A stretch of DNA of 64,000 nt from a candidate division WWE3 bacterium (GTDB taxonomy: Bacteria; Patescibacteriota; WWE3; 2-01-FULL-39-13), in NCBI GenBank assembly GCA_943354835.1, contig CALRDH010000001.1:191298-255297 (forward strand), given 5' to 3'. Below, piece by piece: positions 1 through 9,145 of this stretch; position 1 is the stretch's first letter; each line of letters starts with the position of its first letter. The notes under the pieces were generated by a model that saw nothing but the letters and a program-made list of their open reading frames with translations, did not search any database and was not told the origin of the DNA. A program made the translations under genes and the position numbers.

Positions 1-392
1 GCAATTGCTTTTATGATATCTTTTGATGCTTTTTCTAAGCCTCTTCGTATAAACATTGGGTTTGCTCCGGCGGCAACATTTCTAAGTCCTGCGTCTACGA
101 GCGCTTGAGCCAATACTGTTGCTGTTGTTGTTCCGTCGCCTGCGGCGTCATTAGTTTTTGTTGCCGCCTCTAAAACTAGCTTTGCTCCCATATTTTCAAA
201 TTTATCTTTTAAATCAACTTCTTTTGCGACGGTTACTCCATCATGTGTAACATTTGGAGCCCCCCATTCTTTGCTAATTCCGACATTTCGTCCGAGTGGT
301 CCCATTGTTGCGCCAACTGCATTTGCAAGTGCGTCAACTCCGGCTTTTAGTTTATTTCGTGCTTCTTGGTTGTATATTATTTTTTTTGCCAT
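1..392 (-). CDS. groL: Chaperonin GroEL, N-terminal ~130 aa (gene continues past window start)
   Basis: Reverse-strand translation from ATG at 390-392 gives [73 protein letters not shown]..., which is a canonical GroEL N-terminus. It lies directly downstream of groES. Confidence 0.9.
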   Translation of the reverse strand, partial: MAKKIIYNQEARNKLKAGVDALANAVGATMGPLGRNVGISKEWGAPNVTHDGVTVAKEVDLKDKFENMGAKLVLEAATKTNDAAGDGTTTATVLAQALVDAGLRNVAAGANPMFIRRGLEKASKDIIKAI

Positions 393-409
393 TTTTATTT
401 TTTAACTAA

Positions 410-700
410 TTACTCGATAACTGCAAGTATGTCGCTATCGTTAACTATTTTATATTCGATTCCATCAACAGTTACATTTTCTCCTGCCCATTTGCCTTTT
501 ATTAAAACCGTTTGTCCTTTTTTAACACCTGGCTTAATTAATTGTCCCGATTCTGAAAATCTTCCTTCGCCTACTGCAATGACTTCTGCCATGTGTGTCT
601 CTTCTTGTGCTTCGTCTGGTAAAAAGATTCCACCAGAAGTTTTTTCTTTTGCTTCAAGTAACTTAAGTACTACTTTGTCTGAAAGTGGTTTTATGGTCAT
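410..700 (-). CDS. groS: Co-chaperonin GroES
   Basis: 96 aa protein MTIKPLSDKVVLKLLEAKEKTSGGIFLPDEAQEE...TVDGIEYKIV matches the GroES family and sits immediately upstream of groEL on the same strand. Confidence 0.9.
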   Translation of the reverse strand: MTIKPLSDKVVLKLLEAKEKTSGGIFLPDEAQEETHMAEVIAVGEGRFSESGQLIKPGVKKGQTVLIKGKWAGENVTVDGIEYKIVNDSDILAVIE

Positions 701-751
701 ATGATTTTTATTACTATTTAAACTAATTTACACGTTTCGGGATAAAATATA

Positions 752-1216
752 TCAGACTAAGCTCGAGAGTGTCAATGAAAAATATCTAAGCCACGGAGAT
801 GTGGATTTATAAAAATATAAATAAGTGAATATGTCTATTATAAAGTTAACCAGAAACCCTAGAAATAAGTAAAACATTAAACCTCCGAATAAATAAGAAA
901 GTGTTAAAAGAATAAAAAGAACCTCAAAATTATGAAATATGTAAAAGTGTGGATTATGGTTTTTGAATTCTTGTTTAAAAAATTGCAATGCTGATTTAAT
1001 ATTTTTTGGATGCTTGGAAAAGAAATAATAAAAAAGATGATCGATGTCGATTAGAATTGATCCAATGATAAGAAGTATGGTTTGTGCCGAATTAAAACCG
1101 AGTAGCAATGAAATAACAATCGGAATCAATAAATTCGCAGAAATTTCTGAGACGAGTTGTTTTTTTAAGTTCATAGATATAGATAAAGTGTTTAGTATGT
1201 GTCGAACACAGTACAA
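752..1216 (-). CDS. Hypothetical small polytopic membrane protein
   Basis: 154 aa ORF with several hydrophobic segments and no recognisable motif. Confidence 0.4.
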   Translation of the reverse strand: MYCVRHILNTLSISMNLKKQLVSEISANLLIPIVISLLLGFNSAQTILLIIGSILIDIDHLFYYFFSKHPKNIKSALQFFKQEFKNHNPHFYIFHNFEVLFILLTLSYLFGGLMFYLFLGFLVNFIIDIFTYLYFYKSTSPWLRYFSLTLSSLV

Positions 1217-1301
1217 AGTATAGCAAAATATATTAGAATTTCGTGATTCGTGTTAACCTTTCTGTAAAGTAATTAGTTAAATAAATGTTTTATAAATTTT
1301 T

Positions 1302-2045
1302 ATGGATGAAAATCAAGAACCAGTACGTAATCAGCAAGGTCTAGACGGAATCACTAGGCGTAGCTTTTTACGAGCAGCTGCAGTAACTGGAGTGACATCA
1401 ATTCTAGGCAGCTCGTCTGCTTCTCCTATACCAGTAGCGCAAGGTGAAGGAGTTTTTAGAGCACGCGCAGGTGGTGGTGAAACACTCTACAGCACACTTG
1501 AGATTTCGTCACTGCAAGTACCTTTAGGCAATGAAAATCCTGAAATTGAAGGTGGACAGGAGGTTACACTACCTGTAGTTGAGATATCGCTTGATGAACT
1601 TGGTATTACTGGTGTCATCAATCCGGTAGTTTATGGACAAATTACAACTAATAATGGCCAAGATGTAATTGCAGAATCAACATTTGGTACTCAAGCTATA
1701 TTTGAAGGCCTTCAACGAACTGAAGGTGATGGTGAATATCCTGGTCGATTAGTAATAGTTCTTTCGGGAAGTGAAAAAATATCAAGCACTAGTCCAATTG
1801 GGAGGCATTTACGGGCAATGAGAGGACTTAATTTTCTGTCTCTAGAAGAAGGGGTTGATTTGCCTGATGATGCAGTTGTTGAGATAGCCGTAGGGTCAGC
1901 TGGTGTTTCTAGTATAGTTAGTTCTGAATTAGGAATTCTATCTATGGCTTACACTGAGCCCCCATCAATCAAAAAAGTATTTCAATGTTTTGGAGCTGGG
2001 GGTGATATAAATAGAATAGAATCAGAAGCGGTTGGTGTTGGTTAA
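1302..2045 (+). CDS. Secreted hypothetical protein with twin-arginine (Tat-type) signal peptide
   Basis: N-terminus ...GITRRSFLRAAAVTGVTSILGSSSASP fits the S/T-R-R-x-F-L Tat consensus. GC content and Ala/Gly/Val-rich composition are visibly higher than in neighbouring genes. Confidence 0.5.
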   Translation: MDENQEPVRNQQGLDGITRRSFLRAAAVTGVTSILGSSSASPIPVAQGEGVFRARAGGGETLYSTLEISSLQVPLGNENPEIEGGQEVTLPVVEISLDELGITGVINPVVYGQITTNNGQDVIAESTFGTQAIFEGLQRTEGDGEYPGRLVIVLSGSEKISSTSPIGRHLRAMRGLNFLSLEEGVDLPDDAVVEIAVGSAGVSSIVSSELGILSMAYTEPPSIKKVFQCFGAGGDINRIESEAVGVG

Positions 2046-2085
2046 CCATGTTTTTCAAGTTCATGGCGTAGAATGAGAGTTTTTC

Positions 2086-2124
2086 GAGGCCTGGGCCGGA
2101 ATCGAACTGGGGGTGAGAGTTTTC
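2086..2124 (-). repeat. tRNA 3'-half-like fragment (degenerate copy of tRNA-Cys anticodon-stem/T-arm/acceptor end); possible att-type direct repeat
   Basis: Minus-strand sense AAAACTCTCACCCCCAGTTCGATTCCGGCCCAGGCCTC aligns with the tRNA-Cys 3' half AAAACTCTCACCGTCGGTTCGATTCCGACTCGGGCCTC at about 30 of 38 positions. The T-stem is not self-complementary, so it is not a functional tRNA. Confidence 0.4.
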
Positions 2125-2134
2125 ATTTCAATAA

Positions 2135-2536
2135 TTATGGTTCTAGCCTCTTTGAGTCAAGTTTATCAAAGTCTTTGTCAAATGAATAAATTTGTTTGCA
2201 TTCATAGTTTTTTTCATCATTTAAACAGTCTACAAAATCAACATTTAGTTTTTCATATTTAACAAGAGCCTTCAGTATTAAGTTTATTTCCTCGACGTGT
2301 AACTTTGGGGTGTTGATTATTGATTTGATTACATCTGCAATATCGTTTTTCTTGAATTTATATAGAGATCTCAGTGTAAATTCTATTTCCATAATTACGA
2401 AAATTGTTGTATAGAAGGTTCCTTTTTCAGTATTGGCAATCTCGGTCAGAAATCTTTTTGATTTTGTAGATTGTATCTTGTGATCATCAAGTATGGCTCT
2501 TAAAAAAACATTCGTATCAATAAGGTAGCAGGTCAT
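2135..2536 (-). CDS. vapC: PIN-domain toxin (VapC-like)
   Basis: 133 aa protein MTCYLIDTNVFLRAIL... has the PIN N-terminal acidic motif. It overlaps the upstream antitoxin gene by 4 nt. Confidence 0.75.
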   Translation of the reverse strand: MTCYLIDTNVFLRAILDDHKIQSTKSKRFLTEIANTEKGTFYTTIFVIMEIEFTLRSLYKFKKNDIADVIKSIINTPKLHVEEINLILKALVKYEKLNVDFVDCLNDEKNYECKQIYSFDKDFDKLDSKRLEP

Positions 2537-2820
2537 TCAATTCCTTCGTGTACTATCGTTTTTGCATTAATTTCCATGGCTTTTCCAACGTCATCTTTTT
2601 TTGTGATATATTTTTTATCCTTCTTGAATTTATAACCAAAAAAGTCTTTTACTGTTTTGGTAATCGGTTTTATAATGATTTTATCATCTAGCAATTCAAA
2701 CACTACAATATCATTTGGGGAAATGGTCAACTCATTTCTGAACGCTATTGGTATTGTTATTTGTCCTTTTGTAGTTACGGTCGAAGTATTTCTATTCATG
2801 ATGTTGGAATTGTAACACAA
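2533..2820 (-). CDS. vapB: AbrB/MazE/SpoVT-type antitoxin (VapB-like)
   Basis: The segment TVTTKGQITIPIAFRNELTISPNDIVVFEL is a typical swapped-hairpin AbrB-fold motif. The true start may be the internal MNRNTST (ATG at about 2799). Confidence 0.7.
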   Translation of the reverse strand: MCYNSNIMNRNTSTVTTKGQITIPIAFRNELTISPNDIVVFELLDDKIIIKPITKTVKDFFGYKFKKDKKYITKKDDVGKAMEINAKTIVHEGIE

Positions 2821-2833
2821 GTAAGATTTTTGA

Positions 2834-2848
2834 AAAGGTAATACCTTT
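2834..2848. promoter_or_regulatory. 15-bp palindrome AAAGGTA-A-TACCTTT just upstream of the vapB start; putative TA operator
   Basis: Perfect inverted repeat located between tRNA-Cys and the antitoxin start codon. Type II antitoxins usually autoregulate via such sites. Confidence 0.3.
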
Positions 2849-2873
2849 AACCGTGGAGGGTTTTAAATTAATT

Positions 2874-2947
2874 TGGAGGCCCGAGTCGGAATCGAACCGA
2901 CGGTGAGAGTTTTGCAGACTCCTGCCTTACCACTTGGCTACCGGGCC
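2874..2947 (-). tRNA. tRNA-Cys (anticodon GCA), CCA encoded
   Basis: Minus-strand sequence GGCCCGGTAGCCAAGTGGTAAGGCAGGAGTCTGCAAAACTCTCACCGTCGGTTCGATTCCGACTCGGGCCTCCA folds as a cloverleaf with anticodon loop CTGCAAA and discriminator U73, the Cys identity element. Confidence 0.85.
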
Positions 2948-3031
2948 ATTTGGGTATATTTTAACATAAATATTAGCTTCTATTTCGTTGCAAATATAGT
3001 CTTTTAGTGTTAGTTTTTAGATAGATTAAAT

Positions 3032-4204
3032 ATGAAAAATTTCGATCCCTATCAAATTATCACCATCGTACTTTCTATAGCAATTATCGCGTCTATTGGA
3101 GTTTTTATTTATAACCTATCGTTTGGTGGTTTTGGCAAAGCCGCTTTAAGTGTTGATACACAAAATGGCAAAGCAACAGTAATTATTAATGGAAAAGATA
3201 AAGGGGAAACACCTGTTTATACGGAAGAACTTAACGCAAAAAATATAAATGTCCAAGTAAATGGTGAAGGTGCTTCGTATAGCACAATTGTTAAACCTGC
3301 AGGAGGAACTTTGGCCGTCATAAAAAGAGAACTTGGTGCAGGTGGAGCTTTTAGCTCTGGCTTAAATATTTGGTTTACTAAAGGTTCTGGGGCAGATTCA
3401 ATAATTTCTGTTATATCCCCAGATAGTGAAGGCGTTTCTGTTATTGTTGATGGCGTTGAAATGGGAAAAACACCAGTTAAGTTTTCAACTGGGGATTTGT
3501 TAAAGCAAAATGCTGAAGGCAAATATGTTCTTACTTTTAAAAAAGATAGATATCAAGATCAAGAAGTAGAAATAAAAGTTAAGCCTGGATATGAATTAAA
3601 TATTAGAACGGACATGTTTTTGAAACCCTTATCATCTGAAATTGTTTCATTAAGTGGATTTGCAGAAGGAATAAGATTTGTCGGATTTAAAGGAATGACA
3701 GATGCGGCTTTTGCCGACCGAAAGGTCTGGGCAAAAGCCGCATCCTACTGGCTTTCTTCTCGTGGTGCAATCACATTTGATGGAAATAAGATTGAAAAAT
3801 TTAATTACTTTTTATCCGATGACGGAAAGATTTTCAATTCAGAAGCAAATGAAATTTCAGCCGAAGACCTAAAGGTTGAATCAGGAAATGTTGTAATGTA
3901 TTTAGGTTCTGGAAATGATTCAAATATTTCAGATCCCGCAAAAACTATTATCGAAAAGGCAACTGGGAAAATTTCTCCTGCAGCTCCAAGCGCAGATGGA
4001 AAAGGAAGAATTAAAATTAAACCAACTGGCATTGGATATTTAAAGGTTCGAAGTTCCGCTTCAACTGGAAGCACCCAAGTAGGAAAAGTTGATGAAGGCA
4101 CTATTTTCAATGTTATTGAAGTTAAAAATGGATGGTATAAAATTTCTTACGAAACTGGTAAAGATGGTTGGGTTAGTGGAACGTATGTTGAAAGCGTCGA
4201 TTAA
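3032..4204 (+). CDS. Membrane-anchored protein with PEGA-like repeats and C-terminal bacterial SH3 (SH3b) domain
   Basis: N-terminal TM helix; VxVDGxxxGxTP PEGA-like segments; C-terminal GYLKVRSSASTGSTQVGKVDEGTIFNVIEVKNGWYKISYETGKDGWVSGTYV resembles SH3_3. Confidence 0.5.
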   Translation: MKNFDPYQIITIVLSIAIIASIGVFIYNLSFGGFGKAALSVDTQNGKATVIINGKDKGETPVYTEELNAKNINVQVNGEGASYSTIVKPAGGTLAVIKRELGAGGAFSSGLNIWFTKGSGADSIISVISPDSEGVSVIVDGVEMGKTPVKFSTGDLLKQNAEGKYVLTFKKDRYQDQEVEIKVKPGYELNIRTDMFLKPLSSEIVSLSGFAEGIRFVGFKGMTDAAFADRKVWAKAASYWLSSRGAITFDGNKIEKFNYFLSDDGKIFNSEANEISAEDLKVESGNVVMYLGSGNDSNISDPAKTIIEKATGKISPAAPSADGKGRIKIKPTGIGYLKVRSSASTGSTQVGKVDEGTIFNVIEVKNGWYKISYETGKDGWVSGTYVESVD

Positions 4205-4219
4205 TTTTCGTACCTGCCT

Positions 4220-4798
4220 ATGTACGCTAAAACTTTAGTAAAACTTATAGACTACGCAATATTTCCAGCTGTTTTAATTGCTTTTGCAAAAATTGGATCA
4301 GCCATTTTATTTTCTCGGTATTTTGATTTTTCATATAAATCCGATGGTGTGCGAATTGTTTTTGAAAGTGCGGAAGCTTTCATTGCAGTTAATTCATATT
4401 CGTCTTTAGTGATGTTTTTTTCTGTTCTTGCTGGACTTGGATGGGTAATTGTGAAGGCTCATTTATTTCACGATACACATATAAGCCCATCTTTTTCAGC
4501 AAAGCTTTTTAGTATGAATTTGCAAGAACTCATTCACACAACTGAAACTATATATTCTCAGGCTTTCATTTGGCTTTCATTTGCTTGGTTAACTACTATA
4601 GTTTTCGGGGTTTATAGCTATTTTGGTTTATCTTATGTTTGGATATTTTTTGTATCATTAGCATTTTCGATTATAGCAACGACTCTTTTAATTATTGATA
4701 TTGAAAAAGAAATTAAATCCGACAAAGAAATGTTTGATATTCCTTTTGAGCCGACTAATCGAGTCGTAAAATTTTCCGAGGAAATATTCGTAGCATGA
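4220..4798 (+). CDS. Hypothetical polytopic membrane protein
   Basis: 192 aa hydrophobic ORF, same strand and translationally coupled (ATGA overlap) to the next ORF. Confidence 0.4.
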   Translation: MYAKTLVKLIDYAIFPAVLIAFAKIGSAILFSRYFDFSYKSDGVRIVFESAEAFIAVNSYSSLVMFFSVLAGLGWVIVKAHLFHDTHISPSFSAKLFSMNLQELIHTTETIYSQAFIWLSFAWLTTIVFGVYSYFGLSYVWIFFVSLAFSIIATTLLIIDIEKEIKSDKEMFDIPFEPTNRVVKFSEEIFVA

Positions 4799-5223
4799 AA
4801 ACAATTCTAAAAAATTCCTTATTAGTTTCTATAGTTGCAGGACTTTTAGTTCTTCCTTTGTCTGGATTCGGACTTTTTGATTACACAAAGAGTGAAATAT
4901 CTCCTGCTGCGACTGTTTTAGGTGTACAAACTGCCATCTCATCTCAGCCAAAGATAAAAGTAATTGATCAGATTAGTTTGAAATTATCTATTTCTGATGA
5001 GAATGTTCAAAAATTTTATAATGTTGTTCCAGAAGAATACCTTTTTCCCGAATTCACTTCTTATGCTATTGGACCAAAAGATTTAGTTGATGCCGGATAT
5101 GTTTTTGAAATCGTTGAGAATGGATTATCAAAAGACCTTATAGTTACCGCGCCTAAATCTTTATCTAAATTAAAATCGCAAATTATTGAATTACCAATAA
5201 TCATAATAAAAGCAGAAAATTAA
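4795..5223 (+). CDS. Hypothetical secreted protein
   Basis: 142 aa ORF with an N-terminal signal-like hydrophobic segment. Confidence 0.4.
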   Translation: MKTILKNSLLVSIVAGLLVLPLSGFGLFDYTKSEISPAATVLGVQTAISSQPKIKVIDQISLKLSISDENVQKFYNVVPEEYLFPEFTSYAIGPKDLVDAGYVFEIVENGLSKDLIVTAPKSLSKLKSQIIELPIIIIKAEN

Positions 5224-5246
5224 TACATGATATAATCGTTGGAACG

Positions 5247-6167
5247 ATGATGATTTATCATTTTGTAAGGGCACTAAGACCAAGACAGTGGATAAAAAAT
5301 GCGGTTGTGTTTGCACCTCTTGTATTTCATGGAGTTTTATTTAACCCGTCATATTTTTTCAAAGCATTTTTAGCATTCTTATATTTTTGTGGGGTCGCCT
5401 CTGCATCATATTTAATCAATGACATTTGGGATGCACAAAGAGACAGACTGCATCCAGTAAAAAAGAACCGGCCTATAGCTTCGGGAGATTTACCTGTCAA
5501 AGTAGCTTGGGTCGCTGTTTTTATTTTATTTACTATTTTATTACCAAGTGCTTTTTTTGTAGTAGGAAAATATTTTGGAATTGTTTTATTACTTTATGTG
5601 TTTTTACAGATTGCATATAATTTCAAATTAAAAAACGTAATAATCGTTGATGCATTAACAATTTCGATCGGCTTTATTTTAAGAGCCTTCGCAGGAGCTC
5701 TAGCGATTCCTTTATCAATTTCATCTTGGTTAATTCTTGCAATTACAGGGGTTTCCCTACTATTAGCTTTTGGAAAACGTCGTGCTGAAAGAACTTTGCT
5801 TGAAGCGCAAGGAATTTCAAAAGCCAGTACAAGGTCAATATTAAGACATTATCCAGATAATTTGCTTGATTCTATGATTTCCATGTCTGCATCATTTTCG
5901 ATCATTACATATTCCTTATTTGCTTTTCAGGTTTCGCCAGAAAACTCTGTAGTCAGGGACCTTAGTTCTTATATACCTTCTACATTGTTAAGTGCGAAAT
6001 TGTTAATGTTAACAATTCCTTTGGTTATATATGGAGTAGGTAGATATTTATATGTGATTTATGAAAAAAGAGAGGGAGAAAGTCCTGAACGCGTTTTGTT
6101 AGACGATAAGCCTCTTTTTTATACTGCAATTATTTGGATTATTTCTGTAATCCTTATCACAAATTAA
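5247..6167 (+). CDS. UbiA-family prenyltransferase resembling decaprenyl-phosphate phosphoribosyltransferase (DPPR synthase)
   Basis: RPRQWIKNAVVFAPLVF, NDIWDAQRDRLHPVKKNRPIASG and multiple TM helices are the hallmark motifs of the DPPR-synthase subgroup of UbiA (Rv3806c-like). Confidence 0.7.
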   Translation: MMIYHFVRALRPRQWIKNAVVFAPLVFHGVLFNPSYFFKAFLAFLYFCGVASASYLINDIWDAQRDRLHPVKKNRPIASGDLPVKVAWVAVFILFTILLPSAFFVVGKYFGIVLLLYVFLQIAYNFKLKNVIIVDALTISIGFILRAFAGALAIPLSISSWLILAITGVSLLLAFGKRRAERTLLEAQGISKASTRSILRHYPDNLLDSMISMSASFSIITYSLFAFQVSPENSVVRDLSSYIPSTLLSAKLLMLTIPLVIYGVGRYLYVIYEKREGESPERVLLDDKPLFYTAIIWIISVILITN

Positions 6168-6170
6168 GTC

Positions 6171-7601
6171 TTATTTTGTTGGTTTTTTTACAAAATTTAG
6201 AAGTGCGATTCCTGCAATGATTACTGTTGCAAGAGTTGCAAGTGATAGAGCTCTTAATTGTCCTGAAGTCAAAATTCCTATAGCTCCAAGTAATAATGTT
6301 GTTGACCAATAAAAGATTGCAACTTTTTGTTTACTCCAGCCTAATCCTTCTAATAATTTATGGTGCAAATGCTCCCTATCGCCCCAAAATGGCATTTGAC
6401 CGCGTCTTAATCTTCTTACAATTGCGAAAAGTCCATCTAAAAATGGAATCATTAAAACAATCAATGTCGTCGCGACTTTTGTACTTCCAAGAATTGATAA
6501 CGCTGCGATAATAAGGCCTGCTGAAGTTGCACCAAACCCCCACAATAATTTTTGAGGTGGCCATGTAAAAAGTGCCATTCCAAGTCCTGCTCCAGATGTA
6601 AGTGCGGCTAGTTTTATAAATATGCCAACGCCTGGATCTTCATCTAATGTTTGAAGCATTAATATAGAAATTACAAAAGACGCAATTGTTACAAGTCCTG
6701 CATAAACTCCATCGGTTCCATTTGCCCATGACATAAAATTCATTGTCCAACCAATCCATAGTGCTGATGCAAGAGCTCCTAAATAATAAATTTTATGTTC
6801 TCCCATGAAATCTATTACATATTTGTAGGAGTCTAGTTTTATTGCTTCGCCAAATGGATTTGAAATATAGATTAGAATTATTCCAGATAAAACAGCAATC
6901 GCAATTGATAGTCCTTGAACCAAAAGTCTCTTGTATGGGCTTACATCCTTTTTATCATCTATAAGACCAACAACAACGCAAATGATAGAGCCTAATATTA
7001 TTCCAACTATTTTTTGACTTGAAAGAATAGGTAGAAGAAAAATCCCTGGTATTAAAATTCCAAGTAAAAAAGCTAATCCACCAGCTCTTGGTACGGGTTT
7101 TTTCAAAAGCATTGCTGGATGTTTATGTCTGAATGGGTCATCCATAAAGTTATACTTTTTGGCTAACTTAATTACCATTGGTGTGACTACTATTGTTGTT
7201 AGAAATGACAAAATCATTGGAACAAGCAATAGCCTTGTCCAAATAGGAAATATGATTTCTTTTGAAACTGATATATTTGCAATTCTAATTGTGTATAAAC
7301 TTAAGACAGAAACACAAAGAAGTGTCACGACGGAATAAAACCTTGAAATATAGAAATTGGATTTAGTATTTTCGACTATAGAGAAGGTTGCGTTTGTGAT
7401 TATTATAATCGCCGAAAGTGCAAGTAATATCCAAATGTTTGATTTATCTGCTAATTGTAAATTTCCCCAAGGTAAGGTATAGAGAAACGGAATTTTTGGG
7501 GGCAAGAAACTGTATGCAATTTTAATGTAATAACTTGTTAATAAAAATATTATTGTGCTTGCAATGTATATCCAGGTTAAAGAATTTAGTGTAAGTTTCA
7601 T
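6171..7601 (-). CDS. Polyprenyl-phosphate sugar-1-phosphate transferase (MraY/WecA, GT4 family) with ~150 aa N-terminal membrane extension
   Basis: HKHPAMLLKKPVPRAGGLAFLLG, DDKKDVSPYKRL and NFMSWANGTDGVYAGL are conserved MraY/WecA cytoplasmic-loop motifs; 10+ TM segments. Confidence 0.65.
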   Translation of the reverse strand: MKLTLNSLTWIYIASTIIFLLTSYYIKIAYSFLPPKIPFLYTLPWGNLQLADKSNIWILLALSAIIIITNATFSIVENTKSNFYISRFYSVVTLLCVSVLSLYTIRIANISVSKEIIFPIWTRLLLVPMILSFLTTIVVTPMVIKLAKKYNFMDDPFRHKHPAMLLKKPVPRAGGLAFLLGILIPGIFLLPILSSQKIVGIILGSIICVVVGLIDDKKDVSPYKRLLVQGLSIAIAVLSGIILIYISNPFGEAIKLDSYKYVIDFMGEHKIYYLGALASALWIGWTMNFMSWANGTDGVYAGLVTIASFVISILMLQTLDEDPGVGIFIKLAALTSGAGLGMALFTWPPQKLLWGFGATSAGLIIAALSILGSTKVATTLIVLMIPFLDGLFAIVRRLRRGQMPFWGDREHLHHKLLEGLGWSKQKVAIFYWSTTLLLGAIGILTSGQLRALSLATLATVIIAGIALLNFVKKPTK

Positions 7602-9145
7602 CTTGTTTTGGGTGTATAAAATGTAGTTTTAGGAAGTTCTCCAAACATCATTCTAGTTTCTGCATACAAAAATGGAACGAATGAAAATGTTAGCAAATTC
7701 AGCATTAACGCCGGACCTTCGATTATTGCGATAATTCTTCGCCAAAGCGGCCATTCTTTTGGAAGGCTACCCTTATATAGCATCATACGAACATATGTTG
7801 CTGGTATAAAAATAAAAAGCCCTCCTGTTAGTATTATGCTTAAAACTTGAGGAAGTCCGTAAACCGTTGAGGAATTTTTAAAAGCTGTATTAACAAATGT
7901 AATCAAAGAAAATCCGACTGTAATTAAAAAAGCGCTAGTTCTCATTAATAAATGTCGTTCAATTTTTGAATAACCCCACAATATTTTTTGTTCTAACGTA
8001 GCTTTTTTATTGTTTGCTTGTTTTAAGATTGCTTTTAATGCTATTACTGTTGTAACGCTTCCCCATCCCCATCTGACAAGTTGTTTATACAAATTCTGAT
8101 TTGCATTTATAAAATTTTTGCCGCCTGTTGCATCTCCATAAATTGGAATATAAAAATGCTTCTCGGAAAAATCTCCTTCTCTTGCGCCAAATGCTCTCCA
8201 GTAAAATACAGTATCGTCAATCAATGTTGTATCCCAAAAATCAGCTGCGATTAGTGTATCAAGTGCGCACGAATAACACGAAAACGACTCTTTTGGCATG
8301 CTGAAAAGATGACCCGAGGTCCAATTTGAAAGCATTCCTAAAGTTACATTGTTTGCTTCGATTCTCGAAGTTAAAGGAACTGTCCAGATATTATTGCTAA
8401 AAAGATGTACAACGGTTTCATAAAATCTATTAAATCTTTTTGCATCAATCAAATATTCGTATGCAATTCTTGAAAGAAATTCTTTGTGGATTTTCCAGTC
8501 AGAATCGTATGTTGTGAATATATAATTCTTAATATTTTTACTTTGTTTTAAAAGCTCTTTGACTGCATGCTTTGCTGCCCATGCTCTATTTGGTGAAGCT
8601 ACTCCAACAATTTCTCCGGGGATTCCTTTTGGATGTGCAAAAAACATTAATTCTGGAAAATTATTTTTATCATAATTTCCACGGATTTTTTCTAAAGTAC
8701 TTTTAACTTTTTCTTCGCCGAACTCTTCAACTCCAACAACCAATAAAATATTTTTAACTGGGAATGAAGATTTTATTATTGTTTCGATAGTTTCACTTAA
8801 AATTTCATAACCTTCGCTTACTGTAGGGATTAATATTAAATGCTTGAGTTTGTCTAGGCTTTCGGGTAAGGTTTCATTATTTGGAAGGTCTTTAAAATTT
8901 AATTCTTTGCATTTTTCGTACCAATCTATTGAAATTTCCTTTTCGTAAATTTTGTAACCTTTAATTAGCCCGATTCCATGAGTTATTGCCATATATACCC
9001 AATAAACTGCTAGATACGTTAGTATAAATGCAGCGATTTTTGGAGCTATAAGACCAAGCCAAATTGGCATAAGAAGCATTGTCCAAGTTAATACACCCGG
9101 AACTGCCATTAAAAATCTGTCTAATTTATTTTTCGTATCGATCAT
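7598..9145 (-). CDS. Membrane glycosyltransferase, GT2-like processive synthase (QxxRW motif)
   Basis: 515 aa with TM helices flanking a cytoplasmic domain carrying DSDW and QLVRWGWG (QxxRW), reminiscent of cellulose/chitin-synthase-like GT2. It overlaps the neighbours by 4 nt, so is likely operonic. Confidence 0.4.
   Translation of the reverse strand: MIDTKNKLDRFLMAVPGVLTWTMLLMPIWLGLIAPKIAAFILTYLAVYWVYMAITHGIGLIKGYKIYEKEISIDWYEKCKELNFKDLPNNETLPESLDKLKHLILIPTVSEGYEILSETIETIIKSSFPVKNILLVVGVEEFGEEKVKSTLEKIRGNYDKNNFPELMFFAHPKGIPGEIVGVASPNRAWAAKHAVKELLKQSKNIKNYIFTTYDSDWKIHKEFLSRIAYEYLIDAKRFNRFYETVVHLFSNNIWTVPLTSRIEANNVTLGMLSNWTSGHLFSMPKESFSCYSCALDTLIAADFWDTTLIDDTVFYWRAFGAREGDFSEKHFYIPIYGDATGGKNFINANQNLYKQLVRWGWGSVTTVIALKAILKQANNKKATLEQKILWGYSKIERHLLMRTSAFLITVGFSLITFVNTAFKNSSTVYGLPQVLSIILTGGLFIFIPATYVRMMLYKGSLPKEWPLWRRIIAIIEGPALMLNLLTFSFVPFLYAETRMMFGELPKTTFYTPKTR

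Noticed and set aside
2078-2126. Second tRNA gene next to the PIN toxin
   Set aside because: Only the 3' half resembles tRNA-Cys and its T-stem halves are not complementary; interpreted as a repeat or remnant rather than a functional tRNA.
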